Below are positions 1 through 13,757 of a DNA stretch of 64,000 bases, piece by piece. The notes under the pieces were generated by a model. The model had not been told where the DNA came from. It did not search any database and was given only the letters and a program-made list of their open reading frames with translations. Positions within the stretch are counted from its first letter, which is position 1, and each line of letters starts with the position of its first letter. The position numbers and the translations under genes are program-made. The stretch is from Lytechinus pictus (Eukaryota): contig NC_087252.1 in assembly GCF_037042905.1 (NCBI RefSeq), positions 10,356,001 to 10,420,000 of the forward strand, in the 5' to 3' direction.

Positions 1-806
1 GCCATCTATCGCTAAATTATCACGGTTTGATTAATCGAATATGTTTTATACACATAACTCCTATTCTTCCAAAACTAACAATCAAGTAGCTTTCTATTTG
101 GGACCCAACTTCTGTAAAAAAAGAAAAACAAAATAATAATAAAAGGGCATAATATTCCGCAGTTCACCATCTTCCCATCTTGTGCATGCGCGTAAATGTA
201 TTTTGGCCACATTGGGCGTCACATAGGCATGTAATTTGCGTTGCCAATCTAAAGGCGCCTAACTTGAAAAAAATCTATATAAACAATGGTAAATGTGCAA
301 AGTCAAGATCATTCTGGATTTATCGTATAAGTCATGTATGCAAAGTCCTTTATTATTTATAAGTATTTAATCATTTCAGTGATTACTTGACTTTATAATA
401 ATGTTAAACAGAGTTGTATTCATTCTTTAGCACTTCCATATTTCTGTGATGTCGTAAGTGGGACTTTTCAGACTAAAGGATCATTATCATGGAATCTTAA
501 TGGAAAGAAAATGAAATCTTACTCTTTAATAATATTGTCATAATATTGTCTAACATCCAGTCCTATATTCATGTTAAAATTCTGCAACATGTTTTTAACC
601 AAAAATATCAACAAAAGCTAGATGTATGAAATACTACGTGATAATTCGCGAAATTGGTTTGTCTTTTTCAATTTTGCTAAATAAATGAATATGTATGTTG
701 ATGACCTATATTTATTATTCTTTTTTACAGATAATTTCTTGTTTGTAGTTAATGTAGAAGAAACTAATGGAAATTAATTGAATATGTCAGTAACATTTTC
801 AATTAA

Positions 807-1410
807 AGGACAAGTCCAACCCAACAAAAAGTTCTTTTGAATAAAAAGAGAAAAATCCAACAAGCACAACACTGAATATTTCATCGAAATCGGATGTAAA
901 ATAAGAAAATTGTGACATTTTAAAATTTCGCTCAATTTCACAAAACAGTTATATGCATATCCTGATCTGTATGCAAATGAGGGGACTGATGACGTGATCC
1001 ACTCACTATTTCTTTTGTATTTTATTATGTGAAATATGATATGTTTTCAATTTTCCTTCATTGTCATGTGAAAGAAAGTTTTATTCCTCTCTGAACATGT
1101 GGAAGTACCATTTAAAAAATATTTTATGGTTCAGTCAAGTTGGTCCTTATTGTCAAAGTTGTGAAAAATGAAATATTGTATATTTCAAACAATAAAAAAA
1201 CAAAAGAAATAGTGAGTGGGGATATCATCGACTCTCTCATTTGCATGTCACTGACTTGTTCATATAACGATTTTGTGAAAAATAAGCGAAACTTTAAAAT
1301 GTCATAACTTTCCTATTTTACATCCGATTTTGATGACATTTTCAGCGTTATATTTGTTGGATTTGTCTATATTGAGTCAAATCAAAAATTTTATGGGGTG
1401 GACTTGACCT
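807..1410. mobile_element. Kolobok-like MITE with long imperfect TIRs and TTAA TSD
   Basis: TTAA|AGGACAAGTCC...GGACTTGACCT|TTAA; the two halves are inverted copies; same family at 14554-15157 and 57792-58393. Confidence 0.8.
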
Positions 1411-1477
1411 TTAAAAAATATTATTAAAAAAAGTATTGTGCCCTTTCTCCCCACTTGTTATTGTGTATTCACATTTT

Positions 1478-2233
1478 TGTCTCGCCCACCAGAGGTAAAG
1501 GCGAGACTAAAGGGATCCAAATGTCGTCCGTCCGTCACAAACATTATGACACATAACTTTGCAAGTTATTGCAACAATTAGTCACTTTTCAACCTAACTT
1601 GGATTGTAGATGTACTCAGGGGACCTACATGCTATGAAGCAATCGCAGGTCACATAGTACAAGGTCAAAGGTCACTTTCATGTCAACGTTCAAGTTTACG
1701 TGTGGGACTCCTATGACACACAACTCCGCAACCGCAAGTCACTTTTAAACCAAACATGGGTTGTAGATGTACTTAGGAGACCTGCATGTTATGCTGCAGT
1801 CGGAGACCACATAGTTAGGTCAAAGGTCATTTTGAGGTCAACGTTAAAGTTTACATGCAACACTCTCTTTAGCCTATAATATAGGCGGAGGCTGTAGTCA
1901 TTGTCTTTGCTGTTATGCTGAACGCAAGATATACGTCTGATCTGGCGAAGACTACGCATTTGTGGCTGCGTAAAAAGCTTCGCAGCCACAAATGCGTAGT
2001 CTTCGCCAGATCAGACGTATCTCTTGCGTTCAGCATAATAGCAAAGACAATAACTGCAGTCTCCGCCTAGATTATAGGCTACACTCTCTTCTGACAAATT
2101 ATATTCCATCCCAGTTATTCCACAACTGATGAACTTTTGATACAATTCTGTTGCGTGCCGTCGCAAATCGTGATATTTCTGGTTATTTCCACAAGTGGGC
2201 AAGATCTTGACACAACATCGCTTATCGCCTTAT
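1478..2233 (+). mobile_element. DINE-1/HINE-like (Helentron-associated) non-autonomous element
   Basis: Starts in a T-run; 5' subTIR TCTCGCCCAC with nearby inverted GGCGAGAC; GTCC microsatellite; about 165-bp internal tandem duplication; 3' inverted subTIR GTGGGCAAGA near 2200. Confidence 0.5.
1870..2081. mobile_element. Foldback MITE with about 100-bp arms and 9-bp TSD (MULE-like)
   Basis: TAGCCTATAAT...ATTATAGGCTA, 10-nt loop at 1971-1980, flanked by CACTCTCTT at 1861-1869 and 2082-2090. Confidence 0.85.
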
Positions 2234-3098
2234 GCCTTGCGTTTACATAATACTCCTTTTCCATGTTTATAACATAGGAGCTATATTAGCGATCTTCATT
2301 TGTCCCTCTTTTATTGTCCAGTTAATGCCGCTCTTCCCGCAAATACTTCGGAAGTGTGACATCATGCATTTATGAGTACACGCATGATCAAATAACCTTA
2401 AAAAATCAAAACGAAAGAAAATATATTTTAGAGTTTCAATTGTGTAAATTCTTAATACAAGAGATAAAAGCATGTTATAATTTTTTTACATGTTTTTAAT
2501 AATTTTGCTGTTTGTAAATTCGGAACTGATGTGTATGCTAGTCACCATCTTGTTGTAGCCTATACATATTAACTGTCTAGTAAATACCATCCTGTCCCTA
2601 TTAATACTCTCCCTAAATGCTTTAAAAAGTGTGACGCCGTATATGCATGATATTTAATGATGTGAAAGTATTTTTAAGAATTATTATTCTGTGAATGGTA
2701 GCATTTCTTATTCAGGGGTGTGCTGGAATTTTTTTTCATTTTAATACAAGAAAAAAATGCATGTTATTCCATGTTTCCCTTTTTAATTCACGACCCAGGA
2801 TATACGAGGGTTATTTCTGGTGTATTAAATCATTGCTTAACCTTCAATACTATTTTATATGGTTCAAGTACTAACCCACTATTAATTTTAGGTATATAAA
2901 ATTCTGCTTTCCGGTATACGCATTTTTTTTTCTTGTCACCAACTTTCAATAATTTCAAATTTTAAGAAAGAAAACTACATTGGGTTCATGGAGTATATTT
3001 GTTTTCAGTGAGTAGAGTTCTCTCCTTCAAAAAATGCAGCTGCCACTCAGTAGAATTGTCCCTCTTTGGAAGGTTTTTTGAAAGGGGTTGAACTAAAC

Positions 3099-3604
3099 CG
3101 CATACATTCGTAATTCCGAAGCTTCGTTATTCCGAAGGTTCGGATATTCCGAAGGTTCGTTATTCCGAAGGTTCGTATTTCAGAAGGTTCGTAATTCCGA
3201 AGGTTCGTTAGTCCGAAAACGAAATGAGGTTCGTTATTCCGAAGGTTCGTTAATCCGAAAAAGAAATGAGGTTCGTAATTCCGAAGTTTCGTTAGTCCGA
3301 AAACTAACCGATTAACTAACCTTATTTCGTTTTCGGACTAACGAACCTTCGGAACAACGAACCTTATTTCGTTTTCGGATTAACGAACCTTCGGAACATC
3401 GAACCTTATTTCGTTTTCGGATTATCGAACCTTCGGAATAACGAACCCTCGGAATAACGCCACAAATGTTCGGATTAACGAACCCTTTTACGTTTTCGGA
3501 TTAACGAACATCGAGGTATAGGCAATTACGTGTTTCGGAATTACGAACCTTCGGAATAAAGAACCTTAGGAATTACGAACCTTCGGAATTACGAAGTGTA
3601 ACCG
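3099..3604. mobile_element. Foldback element built from about 16-bp TTCGTAATTCCGAAGG subrepeats, 8-bp TSD
   Basis: Subrepeat array flips orientation near 3310; AACTAAAC at 3091-3098 and 3605-3612. Confidence 0.8.
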
Positions 3605-4175
3605 AACTAAACAACACTATGGGTGGTCTCCCATCGAGTGTGTGATATAAATATCTATAGCCTTAAATTACATTTTGATATAACTATTAATATCACAGAG
3701 AATAAAGTAGCCTATAATTCCATTTGTAGAGAAAAGTCAAATAAAATTCCAAATAAATATACATGTAAATACAAATATCACGTGTAACGCGTTAAAAGTA
3801 ATCCACAACGTAAAATCTTATTTGCGACATAAAGTATCTTCAAAAGCCTATTGTTATTGTGAATAAATACCTCAATTTGAGGACTATAGAAAGATGTCGT
3901 TCTAAGTTTATGGAAGTTGGCCTGGGTAAAAAAAATTGTTTTTCGTCACACCGACTGATGAATATTTGACTTGATAAAGGTTTAAAGTCGTATTGACTAG
4001 ATATAATATCCTGCCATCTCAAGTAGAACGGTCTTCTACAGTCTAAGTGGCGTTATACATTTTGGAAGTTATGTCGTCTTGTCGGTTTCTAAAAACCTTC
4101 ATGAGAAAATACATGTCGTAGTTTCGATGACGAATATCTTGGCAAGTCAACATAAGCATGACATGAAACTGTTAA

Positions 4176-4782
4176 GGGGTAATTCATGCTGAAAAAAATA
4201 TATTATTGAACAGATAAATTACTAGTATCAGACAGAAAAACATTTTTAAATGAGACAAACAAAAAACATAAAATTTTCATCAAAAACATGCAAGGACTAA
4301 CATGAATAACAAAATTATGACTTTCCAGTGTTTGGAATTATTTCGGTGAAGCAGTTCTTTGCATTTCCTCATGATTATGCAATGAACAAGCCTTTGATGT
4401 GTTATCTCCACTTTTTATTTTTATGATAATATGAAATTACTTTTTTCAAATATGTAAACTTAATTGACAACTGTGTAAGATCATTGTTGCTGCAACATGC
4501 TTTGTAACTAGGGAGAAATACCATACACACATGTATGAAAATATTGAATAATTAGTATTTCATGTAATAATATAAGAAAAAGTAGGGGCATGTCATCATC
4601 AGCCCAGCTATTGCATATTCCTGACAGCGTTCACATATTAACCGTTTTCACAAAATATTGCTAAACTTTAAAATTCAATAAATTTGTAATTTGTCATCAG
4701 ATATTGATGAAATTTTCTGCGTTTTTGCTCGATGAATTAACCCTATTTATTTAGGAAATTATTTTCAGATTGGAGTACCCCT
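4176..4782. mobile_element. Degenerate Kolobok-like MITE
   Basis: TTAA|GGGGTAATTCA...TGGAGTACCCCT|TTAA; internal similarity to the 807-1410 family. Confidence 0.6.
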
Positions 4783-4892
4783 TTAAGTTTCCGACTAAAA
4801 TGACCGCATCAGATAAATTCTAGCACAATTCTGGTTTTTTAAAACTGACCAGATTTCTAACATCAGATCCCACAAAATGCATTTTTCCCTAG

Positions 4893-4961
4893 GAGGTGGA
4901 GGCCGCTGATTCGAGCCATGCAACTACTGGATATCATATGGTTCAGCAGAGGGCACCAGCG
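4893..4961 (+). CDS. Putative penultimate exon of an unidentified gene (EVEAADSSHATTGYHMVQQRAPA)
   Basis: tttttccctag acceptor, gtatgg donor, 69 nt, phase 0-0, GC-rich island in AT-rich DNA. Confidence 0.45.
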
Positions 4962-5010
4962 GTATGGAAAAAAAAAATGTCACTCTTTCAAAACCAATAC
5001 CAGTATTACA

Positions 5011-5162
5011 TAGACCTTATGCATATGACGTCATAATCTCATAGCGCCCTCCCTCAGAGGATATAGGAATACGCGTATACGGGCTTGTCAGAGATGCGCC
5101 ATCTGCATCATCAACGCTGGGTTCAGATGGCTGCGAGAGGACGTCCATGCATAATGTCTGTA
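5011..5162. mobile_element. Short MITE (TAGACCTTATGCAT TIR)
   Basis: Reverse-complement copy at 9407-9571. Confidence 0.7.
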
Positions 5163-8100
5163 ATACAATGCGTGTGTTCCACATAGAGCACTTGCACTAT
5201 ATCAATATCCATCATGTAATTTCTGCCGCTGTATCAAAATTAAAATACCTCTTCATTGACATACATTATAACTAATTAGTGTAATTTTGTGGTTGTATTG
5301 TTTTTGCTCTAATAATAGGCGAGGTTAAATTAAGCTCTTCATATCCTGGGTTGCTTTTCTGTTCAATGCGTAGATTTTTCAAAATTTCTGCATTTATGGC
5401 ATGTTTTCATTGTTTTTTGTGCATGTGACCGATTGATATCATTTCAACATCAGTTCCATGACCAATCAAGTTTATATCCCACAATAAGATTAATAATCCT
5501 TAACTTAGATAAAAGTTTTAAACTGATATTTGCTAAACCCACTCTAAATTTTATGTAAATGAACTAACAAAACGTGTAGCGGGACACTGTGTGCAGTGGT
5601 ATGGGTTTTTATGCCGTATCCTATAAAAACACGTTTGAAAAGGAAGTCCATGTACTTGTTGCACTCTAAGAAGAAATGGTTCAACGCTGCCCCTTCAAAA
5701 TGGCGGATGCTACTTCGCAACTAAGCGAGATGCAGCATCGCACCTCACTATATTAAAGATATGTATATAGTCAATAGCCAAAAATAAAAGTAAATCTCGT
5801 TTGATCGAATGTAAACTGACAAGTGTGAAAATCGGCTTTTCAAAAAAAAACGTCGTACAAATTTCCTTGGGGTTTTGAAACGCTACATTATAGGAAATTT
5901 TCTCTTGATTTGGCATTATCATTAGTATTTATCGGCCATAAATTGAACACATTTTGAAGTTCAGATACATTTGATAAACCACTGATGATATAAGACCTTT
6001 CTTTGTTTTGCTCATTATCTAGACCTCATCAAAATCGTTTTCGTCATCTAGGAACTTTTCTGTGTGATAATTTATAATAACATCCATTTAACGGGGGAAA
6101 AACAATATAATGAATATCATTATTTGTATAATTGTTATCATAATTGTCGTTTGCTTTGTTTTGTTTTCATTCACACGCCATGGTCATAATTTTGACAAAA
6201 GCACGTCCATCAAATAGTAAATTTTCATATTTTTATTTCATGAATATTATCATACTATGTTTTGGGGGAAATAAAGGTTAGGATACATATTACAACATGA
6301 ACACACATTCGTCCGCATCTAATCATCTTCATCAAATCATCAAATGAAAAATCAGTAAACAAAATAAATTTTTGAGAGGTAATCTGTCATTCATCATCAA
6401 GGCCTTCTCTTAAATCTATTACGCACAATTTCATGCAATCTCAAATAATTATTGATAGAAGTAACCAATCTGTTGAGGAATATGTGTACTACTTACTAGT
6501 GGCGTAATGAGTACAATTTTGTGAGGGGATCAGACATAACATAATATTGGGGGGACAACTTGTAAATATTGTGAGCGAGCTAGGGGAGAGAGCATTTTTT
6601 CGTTTTGAATAGAAAATTTATATCTAATGGTGTGATAAATTTGGGCTGACTATTTTGAACAGTGATATCATTTTTGCCTTTCTTGTTTTATCCTTTTTTC
6701 TCTCTTGGTCGTGAAACTTTTTGGGAAGGCCCTGGCCCCCAAGTACCACCACCTCATGTGTACGTCAGTGCGACCGACAAAAATGTCCAAATTAAACCAT
6801 GTATTGGTTATAACCTATTAGAATTTTGGTTGATATTTGCAATTTTTGCGGTTGAACAAATATTCTCTAATAGATTGGGTGCTTCCGCCATTCCCTTTTA
6901 AGGGTGTGCAATATTTTGCTATTATAATGAGCGAGATTTATAGATTTGTAATAATAGCTTCTTAATGGAGTTTATAGGTTATGATTCTTCGATGGATAAA
7001 AGGATTCAAAATTATAATCTTCTATTTGAAAAAAAAATACATTCTTGCTTAATGCTCTTTATTTTGTTTGTGTGTGTGTGTGCGTGTTGTGTATGTGTGT
7101 AGGCCGATTTCTTGTTTTGTTTTGTTTTTACTGCGCACATGTATGCATATTGGCGCATGCGCCTTGACTCCATAAGTCATAGTATACTGGCGCACTATAA
7201 TGATATTAGTACCAATGTTATGGTTGTTTGTGAAGATGCAGTTGTTTCTATTCTTTGTTGAAGTAATATAATGAAATTGTGACTTTATTCTTACATTCAT
7301 CATTAAATATTGAATAACATTTTATCATATAGAATTATTAATTACAATATTGTAGAACAATAAATTAGTTCAAGTTTAGAGAGTAGTAATTAATTAAAAT
7401 AATGTTAAAATCAATTTTCTTTTTACTAAGCAGCGGCGGGGCAATTTACCTAATATGAATGTAAAAAGGGCTTCAAAGTTTAGGTTTTAGAAAAGAGGAA
7501 ATGAAAGCTGATGTTAAACGCTTATATCATTCTTCATAAACCCAATGCTATTCTACTCATATTCATTGCATGTTTTGTTTGTTTTTTTCATTTTTCTCCC
7601 ATCTGTACTTGAAAATTTCTGTCCTGCAGTTATTGGTCATCTATTTTATTGAGGTTTTGGATGTTCATTTTCAGAACCATTCCCTAATCCATATTAACCC
7701 TTAAAGACCTAGAAAAGTATACTGAATGGGCTGAATCAGTCCCCCCCCCCTTCCACTGACTAAGGGTTAATATTGCGTCTTTCCTTGCTAACTCAAATAA
7801 AAACCTTTCCAGTCTATTCGTATTATTACTACAAGACGTGTTTCCAAAACTAATTGTTAAGGCAATTGTCAGAATAAAGTGTACTTTATTCTTTTCATTA
7901 TTCACATCAACCATGCAGAATCACACAAGTGAAAAATTGACACCTCATTAGTGTCGAGTGATTTTGGTATTTTCCAAACCCCTCGGTATAGTTCTCTAGT
8001 AAGATTAGATTTGTGTAATATTTTCATTTTAACATTTTTTATTTATTTATATATATATTTTTTTGGTTGCAGTGCACATTGTCTTTCGATCTGTCGTACC

Positions 8101-8543
8101 CACCTATTCTTCTGTATGAAAACGTGTGTTGGCTTTAATTAATATATGTTACAGGCTTAATTGTATTTGGAAAGCATTTGTCTAAGTCACCATAGGCTTA
8201 TGCGTCTTAAGAATTCATCTTTTTTATTTTAGTTTTCCCCCATTAATATTTGGTTTTCGTAGTCATACGCAGACTTTTTTTTTCCAGAAGGGGAGTGGAT
8301 ATTAAAAATCTAAAGAACTATTTTTTAGGGGTGTTTTCATTTAAAATTGTATCTGGTTAGATATCTGAGGCATAACATTTTTTTGAAATTTGAAAATATC
8401 TAGAATTTTACCCCTTCCCCCTCCCCTTCCTCGCTCCGTACACCCAAGGTGTCTCTTATTATTTGGGGTATTTATCAAATGATTACATCGTTTCTGCTGT
8501 TTATTGACTAAAGCCTAAATTACATTATTATTTCCTTCTGCAG

Positions 8544-8624
8544 GAGGTAGAGGCCGAAGAGGGCACCCCACACACGGAAACCTACACCAAAAATGGCAAG
8601 CAGGAGGGAGAAGCTCAAGTGTAA
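8544..8624 (+). CDS. Putative terminal exon of the same gene (EVEAEEGTPHTETYTKNGKQEGEAQV*)
   Basis: ttccttctgcag acceptor, phase 0, 26 codons then TAA; first 12 nt nearly identical to the 4893 exon. Confidence 0.5.
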   Translation, partial: EVEAEEGTPHTETYTKNGKQEGEAQV

Positions 8625-9406
8625 ACTGTACTTACTTTTTAGTCCACTGATGTCTTCCTTGGCGAGCAATGTGGCATCATCATTCCGGAAGACCGAAATG
8701 GCGATATTGAGTCATTTTTTCGATGTTAATAATGAAGCCTCAACAGTCACTCCACTTTGACTAAGTACTTTTCCAGCCTCTAGAAAGCATTATTTTTTTA
8801 TTATTATTATTATTCTGAAATGAATACATCAGAGGACTAAATTCAAAGAATTAAAAAAAAAGTTTTGTTGCTGAAGTTGTCGATAATTATGTAGCTTTAG
8901 AATTGCGATACAATTCTTTACCGCGTTAATTATTGTTATGCGCTTGCGCAGAACAACTTTTATTCGTCTTAATTTGTCTATTGGGCGTGCGAGATAAACG
9001 CACCGCAGCTGCACCGGCCGCCAAATATATATGCCAAAAATAAAGATTGGCTCTCGTTTTAGTGACAATTTCTAGATATTTAGCATGGATAGACATAGAT
9101 TAACAACTGGATCTGATATTAAGTCTTGAAATCCGGCTGATACGAGTTACAGATTGTTTTCTTATAGGATAAATTGGTGGTGTGTTTTTTATCTATTGCA
9201 CTTTTGTATATAGTTTGCACAATGTTTTTATTAGTTGTGTAGCCGCACCGACAGACCGATTAGAGTTTTTGTATCAACAAATGAGCGCGATGCTCATTTG
9301 CATATGAATTAGAATCCATACTTAGAATAGATTCACACCTTGTTATATTAACCATTGAGTTTTGAAGATACATTATTATCAGAAATTTATATGAACACTC
9401 CAATAG

Positions 9407-9571
9407 TAGACCTTGTGCATTGACGACATCGAGCCACCATCTCAGAGGCTGAAGCAACTTGCACATTAGTGATCTGCAGCTAGCGCGTTTCTGACAACTC
9501 CGTTTACGCGTATTCCTATATCCTCTGAAGGAGGGCGCTATGAAATTATGACGTCATATGCTTAAGGTCTA
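9407..9571. mobile_element. Short MITE, inverted copy of 5011-5162
   Basis: TAGACCTTGTGCAT...ATGCTTAAGGTCTA. Confidence 0.7.
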
Positions 9572-9787
9572 TCGGATACTGTAATTGTGATTTTCTCATT
9601 AATTACCCAATGTTGGTTATGCCAGTCACTGCGGTGAAACCGATTCCAGTCAGACCATATATATTGCGTTATTTTCGATGACAGTATCGGTCGGTGTGGA
9701 GTCGTATTCGTTGGTGTGGCTGTATCATTAGGCATGTTAAGTGGAAGAGTGAATTATTCCATGATAAGCGTGTGACGTATGAAATAA

Positions 9788-10030
9788 CCCTACTGGTAAG
9801 AACACAGCGCCCCACAGTGTGTGTCACAGTGTGGAACACAATGTGAAATCACCTTTACACTCTTAAATTTGAGCACAGTAGACCATGTGAACACGCTTTG
9901 AACAGTCACACTGTCGAGGTGTCCACAGTGTGAAAATATTTTCACAGCGTTGGAATTTGAGCATTTTAACAATGTGAATAATATTTTCACATAGTCCACT
10001 GTGATCACACTGTGTTTTTTTCCAGCAGGG
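9788..10030. mobile_element. MITE with CCCT(A/G)CTGG termini and CACAGTGTG-type subrepeats
   Basis: CCCTACTGGTAAGAACACAG...CTGTGTTTTTTCCAGCAGGG. Confidence 0.6.
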
Positions 10031-11779
10031 ATTAATTTTTCAAAATTGTATATTATTTACTAACAAATCAATTCAGATATTCAAATAACATCAATATTTA
10101 GCCTTTGATTTGTACTTTTTATACGTTTGATGTATATCGTATATATTGTACCATTATATGAAACTACAAATGAAGTACGGTTAAAATTAGACATTTGTAT
10201 GTTTGCCTGTTTCTAAATTGATATTTTCTTGTTGATGCTACACTCAGGGGTACAGCATGTGTGTCCATTTGGTAGTACATTATAAAATATCATGTTTGAG
10301 GAGTTATTAACTGAAATGATATATACTTCCAAAGTGCCTTTTATCATGTGTGCGAGCTTTAATCTTTTACTGCTGGTATATCTTCTTATTCTTTTAATTA
10401 TTGTTATTTTGGGGGAGGGGCAAAGAATCGACTCCCAATTTCAACGTGGTAAAAGCCTGGGATAAGAAATGGGTAACAAATCTTTATCAACTGAGATCGA
10501 TTTATCATCAATCGGTGTATATATACCCACTCTTCAAATATCCGACAATGATATTGCAACCATTTAATTAATTTGGTCTGTGAATCCATTGATTATATCA
10601 TCAAAACAAATGTTTAACACGTGTGCTATGTCATGTATGTGTCAAGTTCGTAACAAGTTTGATTAATCGTTGGAAACGTTTGCATGATTCTATACACACT
10701 GTAATTAGTGGTGTAATTTCTGTACGCTTTTATTGAAACTTCCGTAAAAGGGCGCTTACTCATGAAATAATGTCATCGAATCTGGCAGCTCAATATTTTT
10801 TTTCAATCAGTAATACATCTTCAATACATTGTTAGATTCTTTCATGAGACGATAGACATGATAGATAAAGAAAAAAAATTAAGTCCTTTTCTACTGCATG
10901 GGATATCTTCGACGTCCTGTGTTGTGGGGGTGTCAGAAAGTACTCGAATCACATATTGTCACATTTTTACTATTTTCTTGCTAAATAGTGGCTGCTTACT
11001 GTGAATATGTATATTTTTTGTGTATTCTATGTATTTTGGTATTTTTTTCTTGATATTACCCTTGTTTATAAAAATATATGCAACTGGAGTTTTGATAAAT
11101 GGCTTATTGTATACAAGCAATAAAACATATACAATATTTACCTTTTTAACTGTCATGTTATTGCCTTCTTCTTGAAAAGAGTCGAGTTCTGATGTTATTG
11201 TGAAATCCTATTTTTTATACACAACTTCATTAATTTTTGGGGGTTGTTTTGTGTACTCGGTATATTTTCCCCAAAAAATAATCATCCCACACTTAAAGCG
11301 TACTTAAAGACTTAAAGCGGATGTTCAATGCACAGAGACAAGATCGCCGAACTATTTTCAATTCTAATAAGCATTTATTTCCTTCCAGGTTAACATTCAA
11401 CAACGAATGATTACATAATTTGGTACACAATACAAAGACGACGAGTGAGATTATAGCAAAATATCATTTTCAATAATGATGAATAAAAATTAAACGTATG
11501 AATGCATTACACTTCCAATGAAAACACCAACTTGATTTGAAAAGTAGATATTATACAGAAATCACTCGATTAAACAGATTCAAATATATCACATATATAC
11601 GAAAGGTCTTTACCTCAATTAAATGCATAAACATATCGATGGTTATTTTTAAAAGTAATTACACTGTTAAAAAGCACTAACTTGCGAAAATTATTAACAT
11701 ATTATGTGTGCAGTGAAAGAATTGCCACTTAGGATCGACCTTATTCTGTATAATACAACAATGATGGCTAGGATGATCG

Positions 11780-11807
11780 GCGATAATGATGATGATGGTG
11801 ATGATGG

Positions 11808-11839
<32 letters not shown>

Positions 11840-11986
11840 ATGATGGTGATGATGATGATGGTGATGATGGTGATAATGATGGTGATGATAATGATGATGG
11901 TGATGATGATGGTGATGATGATGGTGATGATGATGATGATGATGGTGACTATGATGATGATGATGGTGATGATGATGATGATGGTG
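11780..11986. repeat. (GAT/GGT)n trinucleotide microsatellite
   Basis: Directly visible; explains the poly-D, poly-M and poly-I ORFs. Confidence 0.95.
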
Positions 11987-12324
11987 TACGTGTTAGTGAT
12001 AAAGATAAGATGTATAAAACCAATAACAGCAGGCAATAATCTACAAACTTATGGTCACGTGACGATAAAATTTAATCACACCTGGTTACCATCAGTGGCT
12101 GTGGGGGAAAGGGTTGAAGATCGTACCCTTGTCCCACCTTTCTCTCTCGCCACCCATCCCCACCCCCCCCCCCTCTCCCCCCCCCCCCCTTCTGTCCCCC
12201 CCCCCCCCCTTCTCTCTCTCTCTCTCTCTCTCTCGCTCTGTCTCTCTTAATGGTATGGCACTGCGTGTACAGTTAAAATTTCTGGTCAAAGATTGATCCA
12301 AGTGATCGTCTTTCCTTTCTAATC

Positions 12325-12428
12325 TTACTCTAAAAGAGTTTCCTCTTTATTCCCCTGATCACTGTTGATAGGTGTCTCCTGATGGGTGTCTCCTCCAATG
12401 ATCGGATCGCAACCTTCATTATCCTCTC
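12325..12428 (-). other. Probable last exon of the gasdermin locus (GEDNEGCDPIIGGDTHQETPINSDQGNKEETLLE* if entered in phase 1)
   Basis: Strong acceptor ttttgttgatttgatttcag; reading frame not connectable to upstream exons without a lesion. Confidence 0.4.
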
Positions 12429-12889
12429 CTGAAATCAAATCAACAAAAGCAATTAAGGGAATACTCATATTCTTGATGGATGGAAGACTATTATGCTTGA
12501 TTGCATACCAACTAAATTCGGAAACTCTTAAGATTCCAAGTGAGTGGTGAAAATGCATAGGTCTACGTTGTGTGCTGGCAAACCGATGACCGAGGGAATG
12601 CTAAAAGATCTATAAGGCGCTGAGAGACGTCCCAATATAAGTGCTATAAAATGGAATTATATCATCATTTTCAAAAGTTAATCCCATTTGTATTTGTATA
12701 AGCACATACCAGACTTTTAAGGAGCGTTCTTGTCATCTCGTTTCCTATGTACAGAGTATTTTAGCATATGCAATGCAGTAAAAATTAATTACCCCAACCA
12801 AAAATAATGATAATTATAATAATAATGAGAATAAAAAGAATGCTGCGTTAGGAAGATGGGGTCATTATCGAAGGAGTGTATATGCTTAC

Positions 12890-13050
12890 CCTTGTTCGCT
12901 ATGGGAATGATAAAGCTTCTTGTATATATTCAGGTCAATCCAATATTTGGCAAAATAACACTATCAAGACGTTACAAAGTAAAACACAGATACATATATA
13001 TGAGCCAAGACCCTTTAAAAGCAGCCTGTGCCTGTGTTTAATTTGAGGCC
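12890..13050 (-). pseudogene. Gasdermin exon 8: reads GLKLNTGTGCF* in frame; remainder is a disrupted hydrophobic segment
   Basis: Acceptor ttgtacctttag and donor G|gtaagc; all three frames contain stops. Confidence 0.45.
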
Positions 13051-13250
13051 CTAAAGGTACAATTATGAAGTATATAGGCCTACAATAAAATATAAACAAA
13101 TATTAATATTAAATTAGCTTTATTTCAAAAAGTATTTCCATTAGCTAAAGGCCTGCACACTAAACCTTCACAAAATACATACACCGTCCTATACACCCAC
13201 CAGCACACATTGAAAGGTATAATCCTTGTCAAAAAAGATTTTGTATTTAC

Positions 13251-13306
13251 CTCTGGAGTATGCTCGTTAGTTGAGCGGTACGATCTCCTTGGGCTGATCT
13301 TGGTAC
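13251..13306 (-). CDS. GSDME-like: Gasdermin exon 7 (STKISPRRSYRSTNEHTPE)
   Basis: ccttacacag acceptor, GAG|gtaaat donor, phase 1-0 matches exon 6; paralogous to exon 5. Confidence 0.7.
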
Positions 13307-13757
13307 CTGTGTAAGGAAATAAGAACTTGATAAAATAATTGAAATATTGATGATAATGTTACAATTAAAATATTGATAAAAAATAATGCAATGAAAACAA
13401 AAAAATAATACGATTTTGATAATACTTTGATTTAGAGGCGAAATTTAAACTCTTGGAGCTTGCCCCGTCATCGGGGACGGGGGTATACGTGTTTCAATAA
13501 ACGACTTCGGATGTTTGATCCGACAAAGTCTTTTTTAATTGATAGTTACCATAGTAAAAGTCAGACATCGGTGCTTCTCAGCCAATCAAAATCACGGATG
13601 GTTGTCAGGTCTGACAGCTTGTCATTATGGCAAATGCTGATGAAACGTTCTGATATATAAAAGGGCGCGGTCGTCGCCATCATGATAATTGAACGAAAAC
13701 AATTTGACTTGAAGATTAATGATAAAAAAAGAGAAGATCAAACTCTCGATAACTCAC

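Noticed and set aside
3099..3604. CRISPR-like array of short repeats
   Set aside because: No unique spacers or cas genes, eukaryotic context, and inverted arrangement with TSD indicate a MITE
11677..12250. Poly-Asp, poly-Met and poly-Ile ORFs resembling an acidic biomineral protein
   Set aside because: All frames are open only because of the (GAT/GGT)n microsatellite; no splice or domain support
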